IMG/VR virus record: IMGVR_UViG_3300033075_001536
Span: 64,001-128,000 of that record
Strand: one strand, 5' to 3'
DNA: 64,000 bases
Source: a virus
Lineage: Duplodnaviria > Caudoviricetes
This document shows, in pieces, positions 8,901 through 18,921 of this stretch (position 1 is its first letter; each line of letters opens with the position of its first letter). The translations under genes and the position numbers were made by a program. The notes below the pieces were generated by a model. That model worked only from the letters and a program-made list of their open reading frames with translations. It made no database searches and had not been told where the DNA came from.

Positions 8901-11424
8901 TTCTAACTGGAGATTTTGTTAAATTGTTTAGTATATTTTGATTAAAATCTGTATAAATATATTGATAGTAGGTAGTCACTCCCATAGATACATTCTTAAT
9001 AATTTTATTAATCATTAAAACCGCTTCTACACAATCAGACGAAATATTCACCATATCACCAACTTCTGGTGGGTTATTCACATCGGTGGTACTAAGTGCC
9101 CAAATTAAAAGATAATCATAAGCATATATCGAGTAGGAATTATTTGGAAAAATAGTGCCTCCTGTATCAATATATCTAGATTGTGTAGATATATCTATAT
9201 TTGGTGCCATCTGAATGATATCTAATAAATTAGTAGAAATAGAGGGTGTTGCATACTCAAATGTTCCATTACAAATATCTGAATAAGAGAATGTAAAATT
9301 TGGTTCGACCTTATAAACATCATCCATGTGTGTGTAATATTCAAAGGTCTTGGATCTATCTTTCCAATAAGTTACCCAATTGCTCTCAGTCACCGAAAAT
9401 GGAACATTACTCTGTGTTAGATGTGTGAACTCTAAGAAGGAACTATCCAACATGGATGCAGTAAATGTGATAGTGTTTGGTAGCCTATATTCACCCAAAT
9501 CATCAAAGAAATTTAATTTAGAACCAATATCATAATCCATGAATAATAGTCTAGATTTTAGTCTATTGTCATAGTTTACATCTATACTTTCTTTTAAATA
9601 GAGGCTTTGTGATGATCCTGTGTATCCATAAACAGAAAATAATGATTTTTCTCCGGTGATTATTAGATCTTCTGATTCAAAATTAGATATTGAGTTTGGA
9701 GAAAAATCACCAACTTTCGACACTGTTCCTAATTGATAAAAAACATTAGAAAAGACCGAACTAGTTAAAGAAAATAAGCTAAGATCTAACATATATGTCC
9801 CATCATAAGAAGATAAATATATTATTCCATCACCAGGTGAATCTATTGAATTAATATCTCCTATATTTGGAGATATAGTTGGGCAGATAAAATTGAATCC
9901 ATAGTAATTTGTCGTATCATATAAAAATATTGTATTGTTATTACAAACAATAGCTATTGTCGAATCATTTGCATTATATTTATCAACATAAATATCATTT
10001 ATATTTTCCACTAAAATATATTCATCATCAATTGAATTAAATTTTGATATTCTTCTTTTATAAGAGATCCAAGTTCCGTGGTCATAAGTTAGTTCCAAGA
10101 ATACACCAGTGTCTCCACCAATGAAGATTTTATCTACCTTAGGGTATAAAACAACATTATAGTTAAAGGATTCAAATTCTCTAACATCAATTTTTGTCCA
10201 ATTATAACCACCATCATCTGTAACATAAATTATATTATACTTACCAACCACTACTCCTCTACTCTCATTATAAAAATCAATTGAATTTAATCGAGTGAGA
10301 ACTCCTATTTCTATTCTTTTGATAGAGAAATCTATTTTAGAAACCCTTAAAAGTGTCCCGTAGTCCCCACATATCCAGTAATAGTTATTGGTTTCGACAA
10401 TTGACTTTAATAAAACTTTATATTTATTTTCTATAATTGTTGGAGCACCTTCTTGATAGTTGGTGATTATTCCAAACTCACCAACTGCAATGGTTCTATT
10501 TGGTATTGAATAAGTCACACCATCTAAATAGATAGATTGTGTGGCATGTTTGATAACATCTTGGTAAGATATTTCAAATAAATTATTATAATCGACTTGA
10601 TTTCTTAAAACATAATTATGACCTTCTTTAAATTCAATAGGTTGTGATAGAGATGTAGTTGGGAAATACCCATCTAATAACCTAGATAAATGAAATTGCT
10701 TTTGTTTATTTATATTTCCAAGTTTAGATAAAACAGAGTATTTTATACAGACATCGTAATTATCGAGTTCAGGATCTCTAACTAGTTTATTTCCTTTATA
10801 AACATAAATTCCATTTTCAGAAGTATAATAAGAATAAACTGTTTCTAAGCTATTGGTTGAATAGACATAGTAATTTGATTTGAAATAAGTCTCTGGATCA
10901 GTTGAATTTGGTAAAGTAACATAAGCAATCTGGTCTTTCACTAAAACACGATGTCCTTCAACTAGTTTTATTCCATCAATTGTTAAATTTATTTTCACTA
11001 CACCAATGATATCAATTAACATTTCTGTGGTAGTAACATCTACTGTATAGTAGTTTTCTACTGAATCAGACAACAACCTTTTTGGAGTGAAAAGTGTCTT
11101 CATGGTTAAGCCATCTTCGGCTAGAAATTGATCATAATATTCAAAAATACTTGATCCATCTATTTTAACCTTATTAGCTTGAACAGGGATATATGGCATT
11201 GGAGTTGAATAGGTAATACCCACATACCAGGTTCTAGGCACATACTCACTCAAAATGTTATAAATATCATCAAATCCATTAATAGAATTATAAAGAGCTC
11301 CACTCAAACATTTTTGGTAGAGTCTGTATGATGACATATCTCTCTTCCAAGATGTAAAATTAAACTCGGTAAGTGAGTCTATTTGTGATGACCATTTTCC
11401 GGTATCCTCGTTTCTTATCCACAT
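5947..11424 (-). CDS. Large virion structural/tail-associated protein
   Basis: 1825 aa; IDG..L..G.RVLVKDQ...ENGIY tail motif; BNR-like TDDGGYNW repeat region; C-terminal GxW repeats. Confidence 0.7.
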   Translation of the reverse strand: MWIRNEDTGKWSSQIDSLTEFNFTSWKRDMSSYRLYQKCLSGALYNSINGFDDIYNILSEYVPRTWYVGITYSTPMPYIPVQANKVKIDGSSIFEYYDQFLAEDGLTMKTLFTPKRLLSDSVENYYTVDVTTTEMLIDIIGVVKINLTIDGIKLVEGHRVLVKDQIAYVTLPNSTDPETYFKSNYYVYSTNSLETVYSYYTSENGIYVYKGNKLVRDPELDNYDVCIKYSVLSKLGNINKQKQFHLSRLLDGYFPTTSLSQPIEFKEGHNYVLRNQVDYNNLFEISYQDVIKHATQSIYLDGVTYSIPNRTIAVGEFGIITNYQEGAPTIIENKYKVLLKSIVETNNYYWICGDYGTLLRVSKIDFSIKRIEIGVLTRLNSIDFYNESRGVVVGKYNIIYVTDDGGYNWTKIDVREFESFNYNVVLYPKVDKIFIGGDTGVFLELTYDHGTWISYKRRISKFNSIDDEYILVENINDIYVDKYNANDSTIAIVCNNNTIFLYDTTNYYGFNFICPTISPNIGDINSIDSPGDGIIYLSSYDGTYMLDLSLFSLTSSVFSNVFYQLGTVSKVGDFSPNSISNFESEDLIITGEKSLFSVYGYTGSSQSLYLKESIDVNYDNRLKSRLLFMDYDIGSKLNFFDDLGEYRLPNTITFTASMLDSSFLEFTHLTQSNVPFSVTESNWVTYWKDRSKTFEYYTHMDDVYKVEPNFTFSYSDICNGTFEYATPSISTNLLDIIQMAPNIDISTQSRYIDTGGTIFPNNSYSIYAYDYLLIWALSTTDVNNPPEVGDMVNISSDCVEAVLMINKIIKNVSMGVTTYYQYIYTDFNQNILNNLTKSPVRISNLNKYSNNGYQEFVDKFNLHPAHHAYKATIDYGINDSNVWTNQWGGVWNLNRICYDFIITPLFPYTVVPVPYNCETTFSLLNSNGIFIGGTWSFTQNDVNISLLTPSSGTETISYGTNTLTIQNAPYTDTYPVSTYTYSFIDQNNLLLELQSPSNKIQNLYFSRDGQITISPRFTNFSSYYNLQTGIEIGSNNFEMRYSFSFFQFGYNPTYNLLDYLSSLNYNNYFPTRELSSLPVYGPMPGTYYGSFTGATDSNIYTEFASANPKWANKLFFGKNLKDQWTSILKWTFVDVSIEATDLSIHTTEKLLVMDKYYDSTYDWYVIEFHKMLDIPLYANQVQIRTRRTLQEISDDLQYLNTLHRNKDQVKSIESLYSYTNYETDINFKIPTDSYAKAFLSDDQFVKDLSGLVYVDYKNELALDITKLEIEYITPITNTNFYIDGSNTWVLFNCSNSHHIGTGDGVVISMTGGPGSSEELNQQYMGYHVAYPINTQDFYIKIPYGLPATVTDYGSVTFIQKDPFLNFQPINIFDIGQGPSTAKQSVKIDPENYELDGSKYNLIDVDMSKYCYQLTDGLTFADITNKYPWILDAEIKDAIIGLDSNKNIQWYKGIWNCGRWFGGHWLSGTWLGGDWYRGTWESKSLNIVNPMIIQQSVATPSDSSFSKWYDGRWFDGEWKDGTWYYGRSYGGTWSNGIWYNGIWNNGTWEDGEFSGGIWVNGTWKDGLFNTDNTPSYWLDGKWYGGDFENGMWYDGLFDQKYGKISRFGTKSYNSRTSTWHGGKWLNGQFHSQLNLDENGFPIVSDIHKYSIWRTGFWGSGDFWGGIAYNIDFKGGEWRGGILEDIQLIGINSATSSLYGNTFSNYITLNGIFKFNVGDEFWIIDNEVNNSYSPLGSNDSPRRCKALFVLEEGENTHIVIDVKLSYESFTPFPLGINISNTNTGLRVVSKWTNAIFDSGIWTNGILDNSHFNGGIWYNGVVENSSFQ

Positions 11425-11429
11425 ATTAT

Positions 11430-11645
11430 TTATTTCTTAACTTTTAATTTCCACATCACGGTTCTGCTATCCACCTCGATTGAGCTATGAACAATAGATA
11501 CCTTTGATTTTTTAAGCACTTTTTTTATTTCTGTGATAAAATCATCATTCTTATAAATATCATCAATATATTCTGATACATCAAGATTATATTCTAGGTT
11601 TTCTGAAAATATCAGATCGTAAATTAGGTCTTCTTTACTCTTCAT
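11430..11645 (-). CDS. Hypothetical protein
   Basis: 71-aa ORF abutting the large gene; AATATATA upstream. Confidence 0.65.
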   Translation of the reverse strand: MKSKEDLIYDLIFSENLEYNLDVSEYIDDIYKNDDFITEIKKVLKKSKVSIVHSSIEVDSRTVMWKLKVKK

Positions 11646-11711
11646 ATGTTTATATATTAAAATAAATTATTCCTATGAAGAGAGATATGAGAATTAGATA
11701 TATAATTATGA

Positions 11712-12494
11712 ATGTCTAGAAATAGAAACAATAGTTCAAAGGAAAAATTTAAATCTCATATGGAAATAGAGAACGAGAAGTATGAGCTTTTGAAAAGAAG
11801 AGAAATGGAATCTGCTAAGAAGATGAAATTTACTAAACAAGAATTAGATTCAAGACATGTTGAACTAACACCAAAACAACACGAACTTTATAGGGGAATA
11901 AGAGATAATACATTAAGTATTGTTCAAGGACCTGCGGGAACATCTAAAACATTTACTGCTTGTTACACATCTTTGGCTTTACTAGCTGATAAAAAAATTG
12001 ATCAAATTATTTTGACTAAACCAATTCAAGAGAGTGGAGAGCAACTTGGATTTTTACCAGGAACTGTTGAAGAGAAAGTGGATCCATATATGAAGTCTTA
12101 TTTTTCAAATTTTGAAAAAATTATTGGGAAACCGTCTTTTGAGTGGTTAAAGGCAACTGAGCAAATTATTGTTGAGCCGTTAGCATATATGCGTGGAACA
12201 ACCTATGATAGAGCTATTATGTTATTAGATGAGGCACAGAACTGTACTATGACACAATTGATGTTATGGGTCACTCGTCTTGGAAACGAATCAAAAGCTA
12301 TACTAATGGGTGATATTTCTCAATATGATATTAAGAAAAGAGATTCTAGATTCTTAGAATTCATTGAACTAATGGGTGGAATTGAAATGGTCAATAATTT
12401 CTCCTTCAAATCCGAAGACATCGTTAGAAATAAATTCTTAATTGAGGTGGTGAATCGTTATGAAAAGTGGAAATATGAAAATGATTCCAAATAG
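11712..12494 (+). CDS. phoH: PhoH-family ATPase
   Basis: GPAGTSKT, LGFLPG, PLAYMRG, LDEAQN, TRLG, GDISQYD, DIVRN. Confidence 0.95.
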   Translation: MSRNRNNSSKEKFKSHMEIENEKYELLKRREMESAKKMKFTKQELDSRHVELTPKQHELYRGIRDNTLSIVQGPAGTSKTFTACYTSLALLADKKIDQIILTKPIQESGEQLGFLPGTVEEKVDPYMKSYFSNFEKIIGKPSFEWLKATEQIIVEPLAYMRGTTYDRAIMLLDEAQNCTMTQLMLWVTRLGNESKAILMGDISQYDIKKRDSRFLEFIELMGGIEMVNNFSFKSEDIVRNKFLIEVVNRYEKWKYENDSK

Positions 12495-14162
12495 TTATTT
12501 TTTATCCTCTATTTTATAATACCAATCATCATAAAATCCAAAAAAATCATCTCCAGATTTCTTTGCTTTTTTTACCTTAAACTTAACTTCTTTTCCAGAT
12601 GGTAACTTTGCCTCAACATCACGATCTTCTACTTTTTTAAGAGACTCTTTTTCCTCCGTTTTAGATTCGGAAAATCTATCATAAGGTATTTTACTAGTAT
12701 TCTTATATTTATCGGAAAAATGTTTTAGTAAATCTTTTTCATCTTTCTCTAGATCGGACTCTTCTTTTTTAGTAACTTCTTTCTTTTCTCGTCCATATCC
12801 ATAGTATTTTTCATATGGATCATAATATGGACGATCATATGGATTTTCAGCTGATTTCTTAGATTCTGACTTCTTAAGCTTTTGAGCCGCTGCTTCAGCT
12901 CTTTCTTGTATATACCTTTGAAATCTTTCTTGTGAGTAACTGCTATCACCAACAACTACCCTTACTTGCCCATCATTATCAACCATACCTTCTTGTCTAG
13001 AGGACACACCGACTAGTTCACCGTGAATGTTTACATTATCAGTACCAGACTGCTGCCCAGACATAGTCACATTGGCCGGAGTGTTTGTAATAGTTGCAGC
13101 TCCTGTTGGTATATAAACAGATCCTGCAATTTGTCCAAACAATCTACTTGTCTGTCTTCTTGTTGATCTTGGTCGTGATTGTTCATCTTGTAAATCATCA
13201 CCATAATCATCCAAGTCTGGAGTATCACCAAATCCGTAGTTATCTCTTTGCTCCGGCTCCAATCCACCCCAATTTTGTACCAAATAGTGTTGATAACTAA
13301 AATTTTCAGAATTGGCAAAAGTTCCATTTTTTGGATCAAAAAACTTAAAAGTATCGAAATAAGGATAGGTCTTAAATTTGAAATTTTCGAGTTTTAAATA
13401 TAGGTGAAGTCTTATATTTTTCCCATCACGAGTAAAATATTGTTCTGATTTGGATGTTTGTTCAGTTTTTGAAAGGTATCCATTTTTTGATGCCCATTCT
13501 TTAAAAAAATTAACATCGTGATCATACAAGCTATATATCCTGTCCATTACTTTATAACTATTACCATACTTATCCAAAGCATTTTCCCATAAAAGTGCTC
13601 TTGCTCGTAATTTATCATTAGCATCCATGTAGATAAGCATTTTACAATCTTTCGGATTTTTTGCATATATCTCCATGAATTTATTTTTTTCTCGATATCT
13701 CATACAAGAGCTCCAAAGAGTTCCCGAATTATGTCCATTCACACTACCATAGCTGCTTTGATCATAATATTTTAGAATCTCATCACCTTCAATAACTCTT
13801 AACTTAGTTTCATCAGAAGAATAATAAGACTTAATTAAATTGACAAACTCTTCAATTTTTTTATCATTTAATCCGACACGAACACACTGATCAATATTTA
13901 AAATTCGTCTAACAAATCGACCAATTTTCATATTGGTTCTACATTTATTATCTTGATATGGATCTGGGTGTGAAATAAATTTAGATTTTGATTTGGGTAT
14001 ATAAGATATCATATCCAAATCAGCATTTTCCTTTTTAACCCAATCACAATCAGCATCTGGTAAGATATATTCTCCTTGATGCACCAATAGTTGTGATATA
14101 ATATTTGATTGTGTTCTTTCTAAGAACTTAAATAGATCTGGATGTATGTGAATTACTGCCAT
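12495..14162 (-). CDS. Phage hypothetical protein with low-complexity charged C-terminus
   Basis: MKIGRF, GTLWSSCMR, RARALLW, MDRIY, PYFDTF motifs. Confidence 0.75.
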   Translation of the reverse strand: MAVIHIHPDLFKFLERTQSNIISQLLVHQGEYILPDADCDWVKKENADLDMISYIPKSKSKFISHPDPYQDNKCRTNMKIGRFVRRILNIDQCVRVGLNDKKIEEFVNLIKSYYSSDETKLRVIEGDEILKYYDQSSYGSVNGHNSGTLWSSCMRYREKNKFMEIYAKNPKDCKMLIYMDANDKLRARALLWENALDKYGNSYKVMDRIYSLYDHDVNFFKEWASKNGYLSKTEQTSKSEQYFTRDGKNIRLHLYLKLENFKFKTYPYFDTFKFFDPKNGTFANSENFSYQHYLVQNWGGLEPEQRDNYGFGDTPDLDDYGDDLQDEQSRPRSTRRQTSRLFGQIAGSVYIPTGAATITNTPANVTMSGQQSGTDNVNIHGELVGVSSRQEGMVDNDGQVRVVVGDSSYSQERFQRYIQERAEAAAQKLKKSESKKSAENPYDRPYYDPYEKYYGYGREKKEVTKKEESDLEKDEKDLLKHFSDKYKNTSKIPYDRFSESKTEEKESLKKVEDRDVEAKLPSGKEVKFKVKKAKKSGDDFFGFYDDWYYKIEDKK

Positions 14163-14192
14163 TTTGTTTTTTAATATATAATTTACAAACTT

Positions 14193-14402
14193 ATGAAATT
14201 TATTTTAGAATTCAAAAATTATTATAAAATTGATGATATCGTTTTAATCGAATATTGGTATAATGATATGATTACACCAGTAAGGATTATTGATAAAAAA
14301 GGTAATAAGTTTAAAATTTCTCATAATATTCAAGAATCTAAGATTAAAAATGCTCCAGATGAATTTATTAAACAATCTGACATCATTGATAAAAAAAGAT
14401 AG
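14193..14402 (+). CDS. Small hypothetical protein
   Basis: MKFILEF start; AATATATA upstream. Confidence 0.65.
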   Translation: MKFILEFKNYYKIDDIVLIEYWYNDMITPVRIIDKKGNKFKISHNIQESKIKNAPDEFIKQSDIIDKKR

Positions 14403-14534
14403 TTATTTTTTAATTTTTCCACAGTTTTTACACTTTGTATATCCAGGACCACCACCATATCTTTGTGGAATAATATCAACCCAATGATGGATATTTAAAA
14501 AACAAAAAACTTTTAATATAAAATTTATACTCAT
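14403..14534 (-). CDS. Small Cys/His (zinc-finger-like) protein, 43 aa
   Basis: Manual translation MSINFILKVFCFLNIHHWVDIIPQRYGGGPGYTKCKNCGKIKK. Confidence 0.55.
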   Translation of the reverse strand: MSINFILKVFCFLNIHHWVDIIPQRYGGGPGYTKCKNCGKIKK

Positions 14535-14543
14535 TTTAAATAG

Positions 14544-15761
14544 TTAAACACACATACAAGTCATCAAAACATCCATTGCTTTTTTATCATTCAAATTTTT
14601 GAAGTCAATAAATTGCTCTTTAACAGATTGAATTTCTTCAGCTGACAATTTATTATCAATAAACTTATCAATATAGAAATCAAATTTATGTCTTTCATCC
14701 GTATTAATATCATTATAGTCAGGAACAAATTTTAAATCTACTTTATTATTGATGATTGGTATTATCTCACCTCTTGGTCCAGAGTAAAATTCCCTTGGGT
14801 TTTTACGACCTCTTCTATTTCTTTTTCTACCACCCTTACTGGTTCTATCTAAAAATTCATCATCATATCCGTTCCAAGATGATATCCTACCATCTCTTGA
14901 TCCAATATTTGTTCCATAGTTACTTTTTTGAAAGTCATTATCGTCATAATCATCATAGGTCTTGTATCTTTTACTATTATGGTTAGTTTGGGTATATTTT
15001 TTAACAGTAACCACTTTTGGATCTCTTTTAGTTACCAATTTTTCCCAATTGATACCAATAACAGCATTTGCTAACCTTTCTAGGTGTGATATATCTTGCC
15101 TTTCGGTGTGTGTATGTTCTGAGTAATATCCAACAGAAATGTTAGTACATTCTGGTATAACTTCAGTAAATTCAGCTGAATCGGTGTATATTCCACCTTC
15201 ATCCAACTTATAGGTCATTCCATTTTTTCTAAATTCAGATTGAAGACTTCTAGCAAAGTCATCTGAACAACATCTTTTAGAAGATTGGTAGGTAATAATT
15301 GAATCTGTTCCTCGTCTGTCAAATGCCACACATCTATCATATCCTTTGAACATTGGATCTTTTGCTGCTAGTGAAGATCCAACACACCCAACTTCTTCAC
15401 CAAAGAAGAAGTAATATAATCCAGGAACCTTATGCTTTATCATATAAAGCATAACAGTCATTCCTGACTTATCATCAGCTCCCAAAACAGACTTACCATC
15501 TGTCTTGATCATATTTCCTTCTATAACATGTCTAACTTCTACCTGTTCCTTGCAAGCGGTATCAAGGTGAGAGGTAAACATTGTTTTACTTTCTCCAATT
15601 TTTAAAAACCAATTTCCACTTTCATCTTGTGAAATATCATTGGGTATTAAATCATTTTCTCTCAAAAGATCAATAACTTCATTTTCATATCCAAATGGAT
15701 AAGTTCTTGAAGTGAGTTTTAAGAAGGTATTTTTAACAAAATTATTTTTCTCTCTATTCAT
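14544..15761 (-). CDS. M20/M28-family zinc peptidase-like protein
   Basis: SHLDT, LGADDKSG, GEEVGCVGS, FDRRG, YTDS, NISVGYYSEHT. Confidence 0.88.
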   Translation of the reverse strand: MNREKNNFVKNTFLKLTSRTYPFGYENEVIDLLRENDLIPNDISQDESGNWFLKIGESKTMFTSHLDTACKEQVEVRHVIEGNMIKTDGKSVLGADDKSGMTVMLYMIKHKVPGLYYFFFGEEVGCVGSSLAAKDPMFKGYDRCVAFDRRGTDSIITYQSSKRCCSDDFARSLQSEFRKNGMTYKLDEGGIYTDSAEFTEVIPECTNISVGYYSEHTHTERQDISHLERLANAVIGINWEKLVTKRDPKVVTVKKYTQTNHNSKRYKTYDDYDDNDFQKSNYGTNIGSRDGRISSWNGYDDEFLDRTSKGGRKRNRRGRKNPREFYSGPRGEIIPIINNKVDLKFVPDYNDINTDERHKFDFYIDKFIDNKLSAEEIQSVKEQFIDFKNLNDKKAMDVLMTCMCV

Positions 15762-15780
15762 TCTACACTTTTAGTGGATA

Positions 15781-15788
15781 CAAAGATA
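15781..15788 (-). promoter_or_regulatory. Bacteroidota-type -7 promoter element TAnnTTTG
   Basis: TATCTTTG on the minus strand about 20 nt upstream of the peptidase start. Confidence 0.5.
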
Positions 15789-15812
15789 AGCATTATATTT
15801 CATATTAACAAA

Positions 15813-16031
15813 TTAATCCACATTCTTGTGATTTATACCAAATTTAACATATTTATACCAAAATCTTTCGTGTAGGAAATAAATAATTGGTTTTATTACC
15901 AATTCTATTATTGAGAAGCTAAAGCCAATTAAGGCACTTCCTGTAACAACATATCCAATGAAAAAAGACGCAATAGAAGATATTATTCTATAAGTTATTG
16001 TTTTTAAAAAGTGTCTTTTAATGTGAACCAT
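15813..16031 (-). CDS. DUF2061-like small membrane protein
   Basis: RHFLKTITYRI...IYFLHERFW. Confidence 0.8.
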   Translation of the reverse strand: MVHIKRHFLKTITYRIISSIASFFIGYVVTGSALIGFSFSIIELVIKPIIYFLHERFWYKYVKFGINHKNVD

Positions 16032-16281
16032 CTATTATCTCCCTTAGATTTCTATCTCTAATTGTCTTTAGAGTTGGTTTGATATTTTCTATCCTTGTTC
16101 CAAATTTTTGTCCAAAGATATTCTGCTTAATGATTATACCTTGTTTATACATTCCATAGTCTGATTGCCACAAGCTCTCTATTTCAACCTCGGTTCCTTT
16201 TAAAAAAATTACTTCACCATAACTACCCATAATATCATCTAGTAAAATAACAGTTTCTCCTATACTATACGGATTTTCCAT
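16018..16281 (-). CDS. Hypothetical protein with C-terminal RDxxL motif
   Basis: Likely start MENPYSIG, which avoids a long overlap; ends IRDRNLREII. Confidence 0.65.
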   Translation of the reverse strand: MENPYSIGETVILLDDIMGSYGEVIFLKGTEVEIESLWQSDYGMYKQGIIIKQNIFGQKFGTRIENIKPTLKTIRDRNLREIIDGSH

Positions 16282-16477
16282 TTTTCTTTTTAATGTACTC
16301 TTCAATTCCTCGAATAAATAGCTCCTTAATAACAGATTCGCAGGTATATGTCTTATCATAATAGTACTCTATATTGGAGACAACATTAGCCATACCAACC
16401 CAATAAAGGTCTTCTTTATCAAATCCACGAAATTGTATATTTCTTTCGTTTAAAAGTTGGTATAACTGATGCTTCAT
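16265..16477 (-). CDS. Hypothetical protein
   Basis: 70-aa ORF directly downstream of recA in a tandem gene run. Confidence 0.6.
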   Translation of the reverse strand: MKHQLYQLLNERNIQFRGFDKEDLYWVGMANVVSNIEYYYDKTYTCESVIKELFIRGIEEYIKKKNGKSV

Positions 16478-16493
16478 TTATGAAAATTTATTT

Positions 16494-17723
16494 TTATCCG
16501 AAAATATCTTCCGCATCTACCGAGTCTGTAAATCCATTGGTTACATCATCAGATTCAACCATTTTCTCAAATTCTTTTTCCATTTCCTCTTGTTCAGCCA
16601 AACTTTTATACTTGAAATATGAATTAACAATTGGCTCCATTTTATTTAGAACATCTTGTGTGAAAATTTCCGAATTATACATTTGTCCCTCATAAAATGT
16701 TTTATCCAAATGTGATACATACCATTTTCCTGTCCCTGGAATAAAACTCATTTCGCCTGTTTTTTTATCAACATCCATTTTGCCTCTACCAATTCCAATT
16801 TGTTCAAAAAATTCTGGTCGACAAAACTCCAATAGTCCTTTAAATGGGTTCATCCCACTTTCAAATGAAATTTCTATTTTTACTTGCTTTGGCTTAACTG
16901 ATCTATTTTTAACACACTTACATGTTACAATAACGCCTGTATTACTAGCAATGTCTAAATCATCTGCTTTCTTATCATCCTTTAGCTTAGCTTTTGTTAA
17001 AAATGTAATGTTGTTAGATGAATAATATAACTGGCGACCACCTTTCATTATTGTTTGTGAGTAAGTCTCCATTGTCTCGTATGTCTGGTTATTAACGATT
17101 AGTGGAATATCCAAATAATTTATATCAGCTGTTATAGACACAAATAGAGATCCAATTGCCTTTGCTTTGTTGCCAACATCTGCCTTTATATCTCCTTTCA
17201 AAAGGTCTTCTTTCGATTTTTTAGATGCCATCTGTGCTAGTGAATCCAATGCCCATATTTGTTTTGGTAATTCAAATCCGTCTAACTTAGCTTTTTTCAA
17301 CTCATCTATTAATGTTGTTACAGCAACATTTAGCTCCTCAATTTGGTTACCTCTAACAATAATGAATTTTTCAGGAGAATTATCTATACCATATTTTGGT
17401 AAGTCTGCTCTATTTATAGCATATTCGGTATCAATATAGATGACATAATACCCCTTCTTTTGAGCCTCTCTCATTATATTCAGTGCTAAAAATGTTTTAC
17501 CAGATGCTTCTGGGCCTGCGAAAGTGCTTATCCCACGATCACCAACACCACCAAATAATGATCCCGATAGTGCTGCATTTAAAACATAATTTCCGGTTGG
17601 AATATATGTCCTTTCTTTAATTTCCTTATCTATGTGTATAGGAACTGTCTTTGCTATATTATCCAATATAGATCCAACTTTACTGAATTCAAATTTCTTT
17701 TTTGATTCTAATTGCTTTGCCAT
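16494..17723 (-). CDS. recA: RecA/UvsX-like recombinase
   Basis: PTGNYVLNAALSG, GPEASGKT, YIDTE, LDSL, NQTY, MKGG, KNR. Confidence 0.93.
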   Translation of the reverse strand: MAKQLESKKKFEFSKVGSILDNIAKTVPIHIDKEIKERTYIPTGNYVLNAALSGSLFGGVGDRGISTFAGPEASGKTFLALNIMREAQKKGYYVIYIDTEYAINRADLPKYGIDNSPEKFIIVRGNQIEELNVAVTTLIDELKKAKLDGFELPKQIWALDSLAQMASKKSKEDLLKGDIKADVGNKAKAIGSLFVSITADINYLDIPLIVNNQTYETMETYSQTIMKGGRQLYYSSNNITFLTKAKLKDDKKADDLDIASNTGVIVTCKCVKNRSVKPKQVKIEISFESGMNPFKGLLEFCRPEFFEQIGIGRGKMDVDKKTGEMSFIPGTGKWYVSHLDKTFYEGQMYNSEIFTQDVLNKMEPIVNSYFKYKSLAEQEEMEKEFEKMVESDDVTNGFTDSVDAEDIFG

Positions 17724-17838
17724 TTTATTTAAATATTTTTTAAGATATATATAAAAAATTATCTCCCCCCATTATACTTTTAAATTAAACACCTAATTAA
17801 ATAAAAAAAGAGGGAAATATAATTTAATATATACATCT

Positions 17839-18921
17839 ATGACTAAGCAAGAATTTTTAGAAAAAGCTAGAGGAAAACATGGGTATAAGTATCAATATCC
17901 GAATTTAAATGATAAAATTTTATCTACCGATGATATAGAAGTAGTATATGAAGGAAAAACATACACACAAAAAGTTGTTAAACATATAATGGGTAGGTGT
18001 CCAGAAAAAAATACTTTAAGGAAATCCACTTCTGAATTTATATCAGAAGCCAAATCTATTTGGGGAGATAGATATGACTACTCACTGGTGGATTATAAAG
18101 GGGCATTAAAAAAGGTAAAAATAATTTTTGAAGGTATTATATTTGAGCAAAAAGCTATATCACATTTACAGGGACAGGCTCCAGAAAAAAATTTAAATCA
18201 GGAAAATTTTATAAGAAAATCAAAAATAAAACATGGTGATAAATATGATTACAGATATACAAAATTCAATTCTGGTGATTCTCCTGTTATGATAGGGTAC
18301 AATGGTGTGTTTTATTTACAAAAACCATATCAACACCTAGTTGGAAATTGCCCAGAAAATTTAAGACTATCAACAAGAAAGACAACGAGTTCTTTTATTA
18401 GAGAATCTATGTTGGTTCATGATTTTAAATATAATTATGACAAAACCGACTATATAAAAAACCAAACCAAAGTCATAATCACTTGCCCTATACACGGTGA
18501 TTTCTCACAAAGACCATTATCACATCTACAAGGATCTGGGTGTCCAAATTGCAATGAATCAATTGGTGAAAAAAAAATTGCCAAATTTTTGAATGAGAAT
18601 AAAATCTTATATGATAGACAATATAAATTTCCAGATTGTAGGAATATATTTGAACTACCGTTCGATTTCTATATCCCATCTATGCGCACTATAATTGAAT
18701 TTGATGGTAAACAACACTATGAGCCAATGGAATTTTTTGGTGGGGTAGAATCATATGAAAGACTGAAAGAAAATGATAAAATAAAAAATAATTACTGTGA
18801 AGAAAATTACATTAATTTAATTCGGATTCGTTATGATCAAATTGAAGATATTCAAAATATTTTATGGGAAAACTTAAAAGTTTTTATAAAAATGGTCTCC
18901 AAAAATAAAAGAATTAATTAG
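17839..18921 (+). CDS. Putative homing endonuclease (repeated HG.KYDY DNA-binding units plus PD-(D/E)xK/Vsr-like domain)
   Basis: Four HGxKYDY-like repeats, CPIHG..HL.GSGCPNC, FDFY, IEFDGKQH, D..K..YC. Confidence 0.82.
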   Translation: MTKQEFLEKARGKHGYKYQYPNLNDKILSTDDIEVVYEGKTYTQKVVKHIMGRCPEKNTLRKSTSEFISEAKSIWGDRYDYSLVDYKGALKKVKIIFEGIIFEQKAISHLQGQAPEKNLNQENFIRKSKIKHGDKYDYRYTKFNSGDSPVMIGYNGVFYLQKPYQHLVGNCPENLRLSTRKTTSSFIRESMLVHDFKYNYDKTDYIKNQTKVIITCPIHGDFSQRPLSHLQGSGCPNCNESIGEKKIAKFLNENKILYDRQYKFPDCRNIFELPFDFYIPSMRTIIEFDGKQHYEPMEFFGGVESYERLKENDKIKNNYCEENYINLIRIRYDQIEDIQNILWENLKVFIKMVSKNKRIN

